Part shown: piece by piece, positions 1 through 10,438 of the stretch
Position numbering within the stretch: position 1 is the stretch's first letter
Layout of the letters: every line of letters begins with the position of its first letter
From: Eledone cirrhosa
Taxonomy: Eukaryota
DNA: 64,000 bases
Direction: 5' to 3'
NCBI GenBank assembly: GCA_964016885.1
Contig: OZ024742.1
Coordinates: forward strand, 324,136,001-324,200,000
Program-made: the position numbers and the translations under genes
The notes under the pieces: generated by a model
Databases searched by the model: none
Told to the model about the DNA's origin: nothing
Seen by the model: only the letters and a program-made list of their open reading frames with translations

Positions 1-955
1 TCTAAGCAGATGATTTGGTCTTTATAGCTGAATCCATAAAAGAACTAGAAAATAACTTCCGTCTATGGAAATGAAATTTGGAATCAAAGGGCCTGAGAGT
101 AAACTTAGCCAAAACTAAAGTGCTAGTGAGTAGGAAAGAAGATGAGACTCTGATCCCCTTAGAGAAGTGGCCCTGACCAATATGTAGAAAAGGAGTAAGC
201 ATGAACTCTGTATGGTATACACAATGTAACTCTTGGGTACACAAGAGATGTAAGTGGGATAACAGGTAGACTAACAAGAAAGAAAGACTTTGTATCTAGA
301 AGATATACAGGAGTAATCGAGGGGAAGAACGGCAGTGGTATTAACCTCTTCAAGTCACAGGAAGGGTCCATAGATGTGGTTGGTAGCTTCTGTTCTCTAG
401 GTGACTTAATTAACAGTGAAGGAGGGTGCTCTGAGAGCATAATAGCCAGAATAAGGATAGGATGGAAGAAGTTTAGAGAGCTATTCCTATTGTTGACAAC
501 AAAAGTTTTTTCCCTACATACAAAAGGATGACTGTATGATGCCTAGGTGCAAAGTGTGATGCTGCATGGTAGTGAAACATGGACAATGACTGCTTTTTTG
601 GATGTACAATATAAATGTGAGAGAAAGGCAGAGCCTGGATGAACTGAGGGAGAAACTGGGTTTAAGAAGAATCCTAGCTGGTGTGCAGAAGAGAAGACTC
701 TCTTGGTATGAACATGTGATGTGCATGAATGATGACTGATGGGTGAAGAAGTACCAGGAAGTGCCAGTGGAAGGAAGTTGCAGTAAAAGTAGACCAAGAA
801 AGACCTGGGCAGAGGTGGTGAGAGCTGACTTCAAATCGCTAAGACTCACAAAGGAAATGAGGAAGAAACGCAGCAAGTGGCGAGATGCTGAGCTGAGAAG
901 AACCCGTCCAACCTATGCAAGTGTAGAAACATATATGTTAAAACGATGATGATGG
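1..955 (+). mobile_element. Degenerate RTE-clade LINE 3' fragment
   Basis: Broken frames read ADDLVFIAES, GLRVNLAKTKV, MLHGSETW and RPRKTW; ends in a (GAT)n tail like the other RTEs here. Confidence 0.85.
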
Positions 956-1330
956 TATATGTGTTCTAGTGCTCATTATATACATCCTAGTACTCAATAT
1001 ATGTCCCCTAGTGCTTTATATATGCATCTTAATACCTAATACTTATGCTCTAATACTTAGTATATATGTCCTAGTACCCAGTATATACATTCTAGTATTC
1101 AGTGTATGTCCCAGTCCACAGTATATTTGTCTTAGTACTCAAGTATATACATCCTACTACCGAAGTATGTATATACAGGGTGTCCCCCCAAAAAATGTAT
1201 ACACACTTCACTTTGAATACCTGTAGAGGCAATATTTATTAGAATGCTGTTGAAGTATGTATGTGTATATCCTAGTATCAGTTATTTTTTCAAGAAGTCT
1301 GATACTCAGTATATGCTAACTAGTACTCAT
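956..1330. repeat. ~22-bp degenerate tandem repeat (tatatgtcctagtactcag-like) interrupted by a Tc1/mariner-type MITE fragment at ~1176-1260
   Basis: Repeated cctagtact/cagtatat units; the insert begins TA-CAGGGTGTCCC and matches the element at 62791-62891. Confidence 0.7.
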
Positions 1331-1458
1331 CAGTTACATTCTTTGATTATTTCTGTGGCCAACTTCAGATAATTTCTAGTATTATGTTGGCAGAGTGAGG
1401 TGGGAGTATTTGGATAATCATGATTTTATAAATATTTTTGTTTGTTTTTGTTTTCCAG

Positions 1459-1524
1459 AAACAAGAAGAAAAAAATTCCATTGATGACAGGAGAAGAAGT
1501 GGATATGGATCTCAGTGCCATGGA
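1459..1524 (+). CDS. TAF2: TAF2 coding exon (first in window; gene is 5'-truncated by the window edge)
   Basis: ccag|A AAC AAG...ATG GA|gtaagg encodes (R)NKKKKIPLMTGEEVDMDLSAM(D), nearly identical to the metazoan TAF2 segment RNKKKKIPLMNGEEVDMDLSAMD. Confidence 0.95.
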
Positions 1525-1963
1525 GTAAGGAGAATAAATTGCTAACTTAGCAATTATAATTAGAGTATATTAGAATAAATTATGGTTAGAGTAAATTAGA
1601 ATAGATTACTAACTAGGAATAAATTGGTAATTCACTTTATCAAAGAACTGGAACTATTTTATTTTAGATATTTAACTATTTTAATAGAAACCTGTCTAAT
1701 GCCCCTCTCCCATCTATTTTATTATCCAAAACTGTTCATTTTAACTCTTTGGCAACAACCTGACCAAAGCCAGCTCTGGTTCTATGAAACAAAACCACAT
1801 GTTTTAAAAGGTTCCCATTTAAATTAAACTATTCTAATTTAATTATATATATATATATATATATAAATGAAGTAATTCCGTCGGAAAGGTACAGGAAAAA
1901 AGAGTGCTCTATGTAGGTTACAGATCTTATTAGTTATGTAATAAACAACATAAGATATTTATT

Positions 1964-2019
1964 TCATTTACCAGTGGTTTCTTGAAAGCAAATAAATCTG
2001 CTTTCAGTCGTCAGAATGA
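1964..2019 (-). ncRNA. Identical hammerhead motif, antisense copy in the left arm of the foldback
   Basis: Exact reverse complement of 2397-2452. Confidence 0.8.
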
Positions 2020-2184
2020 GAAAAACCTGGTGTTTTTATTGAATGTGGATTTGAAAACAAAAATATAAGAAATATGAAAGTGAGGCTGAGGAAACAACGT
2101 GCGAAGAAGAAGAAAAGGATTATATATATATATATAAGTATATATATACACACACACACACACATATATACATAATATATACAT

Positions 2185-2232
<48 letters not shown>

Positions 2233-2396
2233 GTGTGTGTATGTATATATATATGTATATATGTGTGTGTGTGTATATATACTTATATATATATAATCCT
2301 TTTCTTCTTTTTCGCTCGTTGTTTCCTCAGCCTCACTTTCATATTTCTTATATTTTTGTTTTCAAATCCACATTCAATAAAAACACCAGGTTTTTC

Positions 2397-2452
2397 TCAT
2401 TCTGACGACTGAAAGCAGATTTATTTGCTTTCAAGAAACCACTGGTAAATGA
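2397..2452 (+). ncRNA. Type I hammerhead ribozyme motif (core intact), sense to TAF2 intron
   Basis: Stem I UCAUU/AAUGA; CUGACGA 2402-2408; stem II UGAAAGCAGA-uuua-UUUGCUUUCA; GAAA 2435-2438; short stem III with near-palindromic CCACUGG; GUA triplet 2445-2447. The 10.1-11.1 position is a C-A mismatch. Confidence 0.8.
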
Positions 2453-2540
2453 AATAAATATCTTATGTTGTTTATTACATAACTATATATATATATATAT
2501 ATATATATAAATCAGAGTAATTTAGTAAATTTATTCATTA

Positions 2541-2668
2541 TTTCATTATTCAGATGGTATTTGTAACTTCACAAAATATTTTTATCATCATTTTCATCAT
2601 CATTTTAAAACGATGATGATGATGATAAAAATATTTTGTGAAGTGAAGTTACAAATATCATAATGAAA
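2541..2668. repeat. Second short foldback centred on (CAT)n-ttttaaaa-(GAT)n
   Basis: atggtatttgtaacttcacaaaatatttttatcatcat pairs with atgatgataaaaatattttgtgaag..ttacaaatatcat. Confidence 0.8.
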
Positions 2669-2989
2669 TACTGAGTAATTTTAGTAAATCACTGATATCT
2701 TCACTAATTAAATGAAACACAGTTATTTCATGAGAAATCTGGTACCAAAAGAGTTGATCATCCTTGCTGTTGTTGGTATTATTTAGTCGAGTGGTTTTCT
2801 CATAGCAGTTGATGGCAACTTTTCTTATCTTTTAAAGGTTATCACCCTATTTTATAAGCTACTTTATAGCAGCTCCACACATGAGCCCATCATTCTCAGT
2901 GCTGTGTAAGAATCCGAGTTATCAGCTACATACACACGATATATAAAAGTATTTCTTCTTTTTTATCTTCCCTTTTACTTGCTATCTAG

Positions 2990-3122
2990 TGCTGATTCTC
3001 CTGTTCTGTGGTTACGTGTGGATCCTGAAATGACATTGCTAAGACAGGTTACTTGGGAACAGCCTGATTACATGTGGCAATATCAGCTGAAATATGAACG
3101 TGATGTAGTGGCACAATGTGAA
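2990..3122 (+). CDS. TAF2: TAF2 coding exon 2 (window numbering)
   Basis: ctag|T GCT GAT...GAA|gtaagt encodes ADSPVLWLRVDPEMTLLRQVTWEQPDYMWQYQLKYERDVVAQCE; phase matches the previous exon. Confidence 0.96.
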
Positions 3123-3279
3123 GTAAGTTTGCTATTGTTTTCTTTTGTTTTTTCCTTTTCATTTCTTGTTTCTATGTAGTTAGGGTGTTGTACTCACAAT
3201 CATAAGGTTTTTGGTTTGATTCCCGAACTGGATAGCATTTTATGTTCTTGAGCAAAACACTACATTTCATGTTGCTTCT

Positions 3280-3372
3280 TATAATAATGATGATAATAAT
3301 AATAAAATAATAATGAAAATTATTGTGTACAGTGCTCAGGTGCACTACAACTCATCAAAGTTCCATGTATAG
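3280..3372 (-). mobile_element. CR1 LINE 3' end fragment split by the LTR insertion (continues at 7867-~7918)
   Basis: (TAA)n + gaaaattattgtgtacagtgctcaggtgcactacaactcatcaaa matches the CR1 3'UTR at 30233-30490. Confidence 0.8.
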
Positions 3373-3765
3373 TGTGGTGGGAAAAAGCTATCTCACTTAC
3401 CGCTTTTCAAAGGCGCCGCTCTGATCTCCACTGCATGGTAGTTTGAAGACCATTTCGTGTACGTCCTTCTTCCTCGGTTGGCCGTCTCTATCCACGTATC
3501 AACAGCCCCATATCGTTTTGCTCTTTTCACTAGCGCTGCTATCGTCCTGCTCCTTACTCCTCGCCTGCCTGCTTCCGACTGCCTAGCACCGGGAGATCCC
3601 AAACTGGCGTTTACACCATTGCTAGGTACTACGCTAGGTACTGCCCAAACTTGCGTTCACCCCGTTGCTAGACACTGCCCAAAACTGGCGTTCGCCCCGT
3701 TGCTAGGCACCACTAGGCACCTGCAGCCACCGCACGCCACACCATACCCACACGCCCCCCTAATC

Positions 3766-6633
3766 TCAAGGATCAATTTCCTCCTCGTCTCTCTGCATGT
3801 GGAAGTCTGCTGTCCAGGTTGGTGGTCTACGACATCGTTGCGATCTCCGTAGTATTGGGGCAGGGCTCTGAGTTTCCACCTCATCTTGGGTTTCCTCTTC
3901 CTCGGAGTCCGTCGACACAGTGACTCTTCTTACATCCAGGACATGACGTGGTACCCCGTCCACAGACACATTGTTCTTTGAATTTACGGCCGTCACTGTT
4001 CCCCTTCCCCATTGAGATGTGCAACGTGCATCTGGGGGCTTAACCCAGACTTCTTTGTCCACCTGCACGAATGCACTCTCTTTAACCACTGGCCGTTGTG
4101 GTGGCGTGCACGGGTGCCTCCACTCGTATTTGAATACTGCTCTGTGTGGCACCAATTCCTCGACCTGTCCAACCCGAGGGGACATGTTATACCAGAACAC
4201 TGCCTCCATTGGTGAGACATGGCCCCGCTCCGCCATTGCCTTGATCGTCCGGTGGTGTCGCTCCACGATTCCATTCCTGCTCGGCCTGTGCGCCGCTCTG
4301 AAGAAACGGTTCACCTTCCATCCATCGAGCATCTCCCTCAGTGCCTCCGAGCGAAACGCTGCGCCGTTGTCCATCAGCAGTTCGTCCACAGGGTCCCACT
4401 CCAAGAACACCTCTCTCAACGTCCGCACGATTTCCTCGGCCGTTCCAGTCCTCATCTCCCTCCATATCGCCATTCGACCTGGTCCACAGTTGACCATCGA
4501 GAGGTACGTTCCCTGTCGGTAGTGCGTCACATCCACCGCTAATCGCTTCCAGTCGCGATCCACCGGGAGACTTCCCGTTTCGTGTACACCCGGGGCGGGA
4601 TCAATGGACTGACATCGGATGCAGCCTCTAACCACTCCCTGAACACTGTCTGCTAACGTCCGGGTCGATTCTCCTGGCTAGGAACAGGCTCCTATCCACC
4701 CCCATGTGGTGCATGTCATGCAACCCCGTCAGATCCGACTCGGTCAGCCGACACACAGCAGCTATCTCATCCTCTACCTCCTCCGGCGCTCCCATCCAGG
4801 CTTTCTTCACCCTAGTTAATATGTCCGCCCTGTTTTTCTCTGAGGGCACGAAAACTACGCTCAGCCTCAGGTCGAACTCGGTGGCCAGCTCTCCTAAAGT
4901 TCCCAGGCGGCGCTTTATCAGCATCTCCGCCGCGCCTCTCGTTCGCACTCTCTTCTCACTGGTGAGCACTGATCTCACCCATCCGAGTACAGTAGCCGAG
5001 TCGGTGCGTATCTCGATGGTGTGCAGCCCCCACCGCAGGGCGAGGTTCACTCCTCTCAACACCGCGTCCAGTTCGGCCACATGTGATTGCAGTCGTCCTT
5101 CTTTCTAAGCCAGGCTGCATCCTCGACCTCAACACCTCCTATCTCCAACGTGACACCCAGCGCTATGCTGCTGGCATTGCACCACACGGTCCCGCTCTGT
5201 GATTTGGGAACATACCAGCGTCCCCGCACTGGGTCGTCGGCCTTCACCCTTCCCACGATCTCCTGCATCATGGCCACCGTCCTCTCTCCCACTCTGTCAC
5301 TCCAAGTCACTCCTCCCGCTCGTCTCTTGACATAGCTGCATGCCGTCCGGAGCCACCCAGCGATCGGGTAGTGACCCACCAGCTTTCCGCACACCGAGAA
5401 AAGCTCCCGCCTACTCATACTTTGGCCCAGTTCCGGAACTTCGTTTCGCCTCTGGAATACCAAAACGCCCGTCCTGTCTCGCCGTAGCCTAAGTCCCAGT
5501 GCGGCTCCTCCCTCCAATGCTTCTGATGGCTTCGCAGTCAGTCCGTACCCCTGTAAATGGCTCGTGACCTCCGCCGCCAACACCACCAACTCGTCCACTA
5601 AGATGTCGTCAATGTAGGAGTTAGTAGCCCTCTTTATCTTGTCAGCCTTCCCCAGAACGGTCTTGAGGACCGCTGACATGATCTTCGGTGCGGAGCTCAG
5701 CCCGAAACCGAGTCTGGTCAGGCAATATGTCCGGCCCTTATACCTGACCAGCTGATACCGCCAGAGCTTCTCAGCTATATGCAACTGCAAGTAAGCCGAC
5801 TTTAAGTCTACGATCGCTGAACCCCCCGTCCTGCGTCTCCACTCACGCAGGGTTTCCCCGCAGATATCCGTGACCTCGCCACCCGTGTGGCATGACACGT
5901 GTTCGTTCAGCTCCCGATAGTCCAGCACCGGCCTCACCTTGCTCTTCGTGGGTTGCACCACCGCCATTAACGGCAATACTCTGCACTTCACCTCCTCCTT
6001 CCAGGGAAGCAGTATGCCCCCTTCGATCCATTTCTCTACTTCTCGCTCGAACTTGCTCCTAACGTTTCCCTTCAATGTATGTTGATAGCAGCCCACTTTG
6101 GTCTTCAGTGTTGGTGGTTCTCCCTTCCAGTACCACTCAACAACCCATCGCTGCCCATCAAACACGGCCTTGAAGTCTTTGTCCTGCACAGTGTAAGCGG
6201 GGTATTCCTCCTCGTGGGCCTTCTGGTTCTCATGACGTGCACTCACAGCGCATGCCGATGCAGCGGCGCCAAACGACACACCGAGGTTGTCCACCGTGAC
6301 GCCTCCTAAACGGCCAATCGCGTCCATGCCCATAGCCACGCCGATCCCATCCACCACACTGTCTACTACGATGGCCGAAAGCTTTATCCTCCTTCCCCGT
6401 ACCGCTATTTCCACCTCGCTGCGACCTCGGCATTCGATTTTCCTGCCGTCGACTGCCCTTCCACTGCTCTTCCCTCCCCACCTCTGCGCCACCCCCGCGG
6501 TCACCAGTGTCGTACAGCCCGTGTCCATGAGGGCTCGCTGTGGCTTCCCCCTCACGAAGACTTCCACCACAGGCAGCGCCGCTACTCGTAAGGGGCAACT
6601 ACCGGCACAGTAGTTCCCCTTGGATCGTTTCCC
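3766..6633 (-). pseudogene. pol: pol of the LTR element (protease, RT, RNase H, integrase), broken into three ORFs
   Basis: Protease ALMDTGC; RT VDLKSAY, FGLSSAP, YIDD; RNase H AELDAV and IRTDS; integrase HHCC (HDMHH..CIRC), VDVTH, MDNG, NGIVER; frameshifts near 5080 and 4635. Confidence 0.92.
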
Positions 6634-7353
6634 TGGTCACAGTTAGTAGCGATGTGGCCTGGTCGCTTACACCGGTAGCAAATTATCTCCGGCCTCAACT
6701 CCCTACAGTCTCTAGCCATGTGCGGACCATGGCAACGAAAACAGCGCCCTCTAAACGTTCGCGTGCGACCGCGTGCGACCGCGTGCCGAGGTTGCCTCCC
6801 TTTCACCGTTTCGCTGCCAAGTGTCCTGAGCCTCCGTAGTTGCTATCGCCGCAACACTCTTTTTGGCATCTTCTGCTATGATCCGGGCTTGTTCCACCAG
6901 TGAACGCATTTCCATCTCTTTATAACCCGGGACTTGCTGCAGCCTCACCGCTATGTCGTCTGGAAATCCATTAATGAACGCCAACCACACCGTGCGTTCG
7001 CATTCCGCCTGATAACCAGCCAACATGGCCAACCGCGTTATTTCCGCTGCGAAAATGTCGACGCGTTCACCATTCCACCTAATTCTCGCCAGCTTAGCAA
7101 AAGCTGCCAACGGTCCGTCGGCGAATGCATCCATCAGACGCCGCTCAATCTTCTGCACATCTCTTTGGCTATGCTCGTCCAACTCAAGGAAGAGTACCAG
7201 CGCGTCTCCCTCGAGGTAGAGTGCCATTAGGCCAGCCACATCCTCTATCTTCTGCAAACTTGCGACCAGCCAAACTTTACGCAGCCAAGCGATTACATCA
7301 CCCTCCCCGGTAAATGCCCTGATGGCTTCGCTCGTCCGTAGTCTTGTCGCCAT
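6582..7353 (-). pseudogene. gag: gag of the LTR element (two Zn knuckles), frameshifted by a 10-nt duplication
   Basis: ORFs 6751..7353 and 6582..6806; knuckles CFRCHGPHMARDC and CYRCKRPGHIATNC; gcgtgcgacc is duplicated at 6761-6780. Confidence 0.88.
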
Positions 7354-8924
7354 CCTCTGATTTGTCTAGCGGTAAGTGACACAAAAAAAAAATAAAACCA
7401 ACAACAGACTCCTCTCTGTTTTTCCAGTAGCTTTTTCTTCTTTCTTCTTTGTTCCGTCAGATCTGTTTCCAGTGTCCGAAATAGCTTGTGGTGGGAAAAA
7501 GCTATCTCACTTACCGCTTTTCAAAGGCGCCGCTCTGATCTCCACTGCATGGTAGTTTGAAGACCATTTCGTGTACGTCCGTCTTCCTCGGTTGGCCGTC
7601 TCTATCTTCGTATCAACAGTCCCATATCGTTTTGCTCTTTTCACTAGCGCTGCTATCGTCCTGCTCCTTACTCCTCGCCTGCCTGCTTCCGACTGCCTAG
7701 CACCGGGAGATCCCAAACTGGCGTTTACGCCGTTGCTAGGTACTACGCTAGGTACTGCCCAAACTTGCGTTCACCCCGATGCTAGACACTGCCCAAAACT
7801 GGCGTTCGCCCCATTGCTAGGCACCACTAGGCACCTGCAGCCACCGCACGCCACACCATACCCACATATAGTACATAGAAAAATGTACAAATGTTAGTAA
7901 AATGAAGAGTGTATGATGGGACTGAAGTCCATATCATTAAAACACCCAAGAAACATCTTATGAGATGAAACTTTGCTGGAGGCCAGTTAAACTAAACTGT
8001 AAATTTCAATTTTTTTTACCTCTACAAAGTCGTTTGAGAATCAGAATCTTGAGCAAATGGATTGATCTTGGTTGGCATACATTTGCTCATCATATAGTCA
8101 AGCTTGCTTGGATTAAATAGGAAAGATACAACACTTACATTTACCAAATGACGACCCGTCATAGTATTGACTAGACTTGATGTTGTTTAACTTTAGTGAT
8201 CAAACAAGAACCAGTATTTTCAACATGATTTGGCCATAAACAACAGATGGGTTAGAGCAGCCTACCTTACAGTGTGTACTGGGTGTGTTTTTTCATGGCT
8301 TCCACCACTATCATTTTACAGAATGTACTGGCTGTGTTTTTTATGGCACCAACACCAGAAACATTGTCACATGCTCTTCCTGACTGAAAGGTCCTCTCAA
8401 TCCCTATCTTGTTTCTGTTTGATTGTCAACACTGTAGCCTTTGCTCACTTACTGCATTCACTTTTACTGTTGTAGTTTTTGTATAAGTGGATGTGTCTTT
8501 TGTATTATGGCATCTCACCAGTTAGCTTGATCCTGTGTCATCAAGTTGACATAATATAAAAGACCCATTTTCCTGTACAAGTATTGCAACACTAAATGTA
8601 AATGTAGTGAGTAACTCAAAACACATCATTGACAACTGAATGGAGATAATCATCATCATCATCGTTTTTATACCCAGGTTTCCATGCTGTCATGTGTCTG
8701 GATGGGAGGGTTTGAAACAATATTTTATAACTGGATGCCTTTCCTGACACCAACTCTTTCAATCACCTTCTATAGCAAGTAGAGATATGGTGTACTTATT
8801 AAAAAGACTGGGATACACAGTATTATATATATATCATCATCATCATTTTTAATGTCTGTTTTTTCCATGCTTGCATGGGTTATATGTATATGTGATTGCG
8901 TGCATATATATATATATATATATA

Positions 8925-9272
8925 TCATCATCATCATTTTACGTCTGCTTGTGGGACGGGAACTGATTCTGGCTTGGTTTCTACAGCTGGATGCCCTTCC
9001 TAACACCAACCTCATTTACAGTTAGTGCTTTTTGCCGTGGCGCCTACACGACCACTTTGCAGTGTGGGCTGGGTGCTTTTTTTATCGTGGCACCTCCACG
9101 ACCACCTTGCAGTGGAATGATAGGGACATCTCATTTCTACAGCTGAGTAAACTGGAGCAATGTGAAATAAAGTGTCTTGCTCAAGGAAATAACACATCAC
9201 CCGGTCTGAGAATTGAACTCACAACCTTTCGATTGCAAGCCCAATGCTCTAACCACTAAGCCATGTGCCTCC
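8925..9272 (-). mobile_element. tRNA-derived SINE (family A) with RTE-derived 3' tail
   Basis: Reverse complement of the copy at 9421-9750; pol III A box TGGCTTAGTGG, B box GAGTTCAATTC. Confidence 0.85.
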
Positions 9273-9277
9273 ATTTT

Positions 9278-9311
<34 letters not shown>

Positions 9312-9420
9312 GTATGTATGTATGTATGTGTGTGTGTGTGTATCCCAGGTTCAGTCTTGGGTAACCACTGTAAGTAAAGTACTCAATATGTAGCAGAGTA
9401 TAAATATTTAATATAGAAAT

Positions 9421-9750
9421 GGAGGCACATGGCTTAGTGGTTAGAGCATTGGCCTTGCAATCGAAAGGTTGTGAGTTCAATTCTCAGACCGGGTGATGTG
9501 TTGTTTCCTTGAGCAAGACACTTTATTTCACATTGCTCCAGTTTACTCAGCTGTAGAAATGAGATGATAGGGACTGGGGTCCATATCATTCCACTGCAAA
9601 GTAGTCGTGCAGGTGACACGGCAAAAAAGCACCCAGCACTGTAAATGAGGTTGGTGTTAGGAAGGGCATCCAGCTGTAGAAATCAAGCCAAAAATCAGTT
9701 CCCGTCCCACCCTTGCAAGCAGGGAAAAAGCGGACGTAAAATGAAATGAA
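9421..9750 (+). mobile_element. tRNA-derived SINE (family A)
   Basis: Head ggaggcacatggcttagtggttagagca...gtgagttcaattc; CORE-like ccttgagcaagacactt; tail identical in type to the RTE 3'UTR. Confidence 0.85.
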
Positions 9751-9831
9751 ATGGCTTCTACAGGACTAGAACTGTTTTATTCGGATGATTTCCTTTGAAT
9801 TAAACAGTTCTAGTCCTGTAGAAGCCATTTA

Positions 9832-9867
<36 letters not shown>

Positions 9868-9948
9868 CCTCCCTCTCTCTCCCTCCCTCCCTCTCTCTCT
9901 CTCCCTCCCCCTCTCTCTCTCTCTCTCTCTCTCTCTCCCCCCCCCCCC

Positions 9949-9994
<46 letters not shown>

Positions 9995-10225
9995 AAATAA
10001 TTACATTTTTAAATATAAAAGAACTGAAAGTAAGTAAGTGGAGAAATTAAAACAGGTCAAAATACAGTAATTTATTATAACAAACAGTACATAAGGCTAT
10101 ATTTCGTTCGTACTTAAACATTTTTTCGAACAAGCATGTGAACAAAATCCTATTGTGTTAAAAAATAATTACATGTGATGCAAATTATTCATTAAAGTAT
10201 TACCAAATACAGTTTCACATTAAAT

Positions 10226-10273
10226 ATTGATTTACAATTGTTTCGTCCCTTATTGGAACTTATCAAAATCAAT
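10226..10273 (-). ncRNA. Degenerate minimal type I hammerhead motif in a (TA)n-flanked element (~9996-10352)
   Basis: Minus strand reads AUUGAUU-uUGAUaA-GUUCC aauaa GGGAC-GAAA-CAAUUG-UA-AAUCAAU: 7-bp stem I, palindromic stem III, two core substitutions. Confidence 0.7.
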
Positions 10274-10438
10274 CATTTTATGAGCAAATACCTCTACATA
10301 TTGTCTCACCACAGACACCAACAAATCTCAGTGAAAACCTATGTTTACAATAATTATATATATATGCATGCTTGTGCTTTTGTGTTTTAGTATATAGGTA
10401 TAATTTTAATGTCCCCACTATTTTCCTTCTTTTTCTAG

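Larger units (their letters stand above)
1931..2485. repeat. Near-perfect long inverted repeat (foldback) centred on a (TA)n/(CA)n tract
   Basis: 1931-~2200 is the reverse complement of ~2222-2485; only ~2 substitutions in the ~190-bp unique part of the arms. Confidence 0.95.
3373..7866 (-). mobile_element. Full-length Gypsy-type LTR retrotransposon, 4494 bp, inactivated by frameshifts
   Basis: 380-bp TG..CA LTRs at 3373-3752 and 7487-7866 (~8 differences by eye); TSD TATAG at 3368-3372 and 7867-7871; PPT gagattaggggggcg before the 3' LTR; domain order gag-PR-RT-RH-IN. Confidence 0.95.

Noticed and set aside
3393-3852. ORFs duplicated at 7507-7897
   Set aside because: They lie in the LTRs and reflect GC-rich U3 tandem repeats, not genes
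9421-9495. tRNA-like sequence with A and B boxes
   Set aside because: It is the head of a multi-copy SINE that continues into body and LINE tail; no proper acceptor stem or pol III terminator
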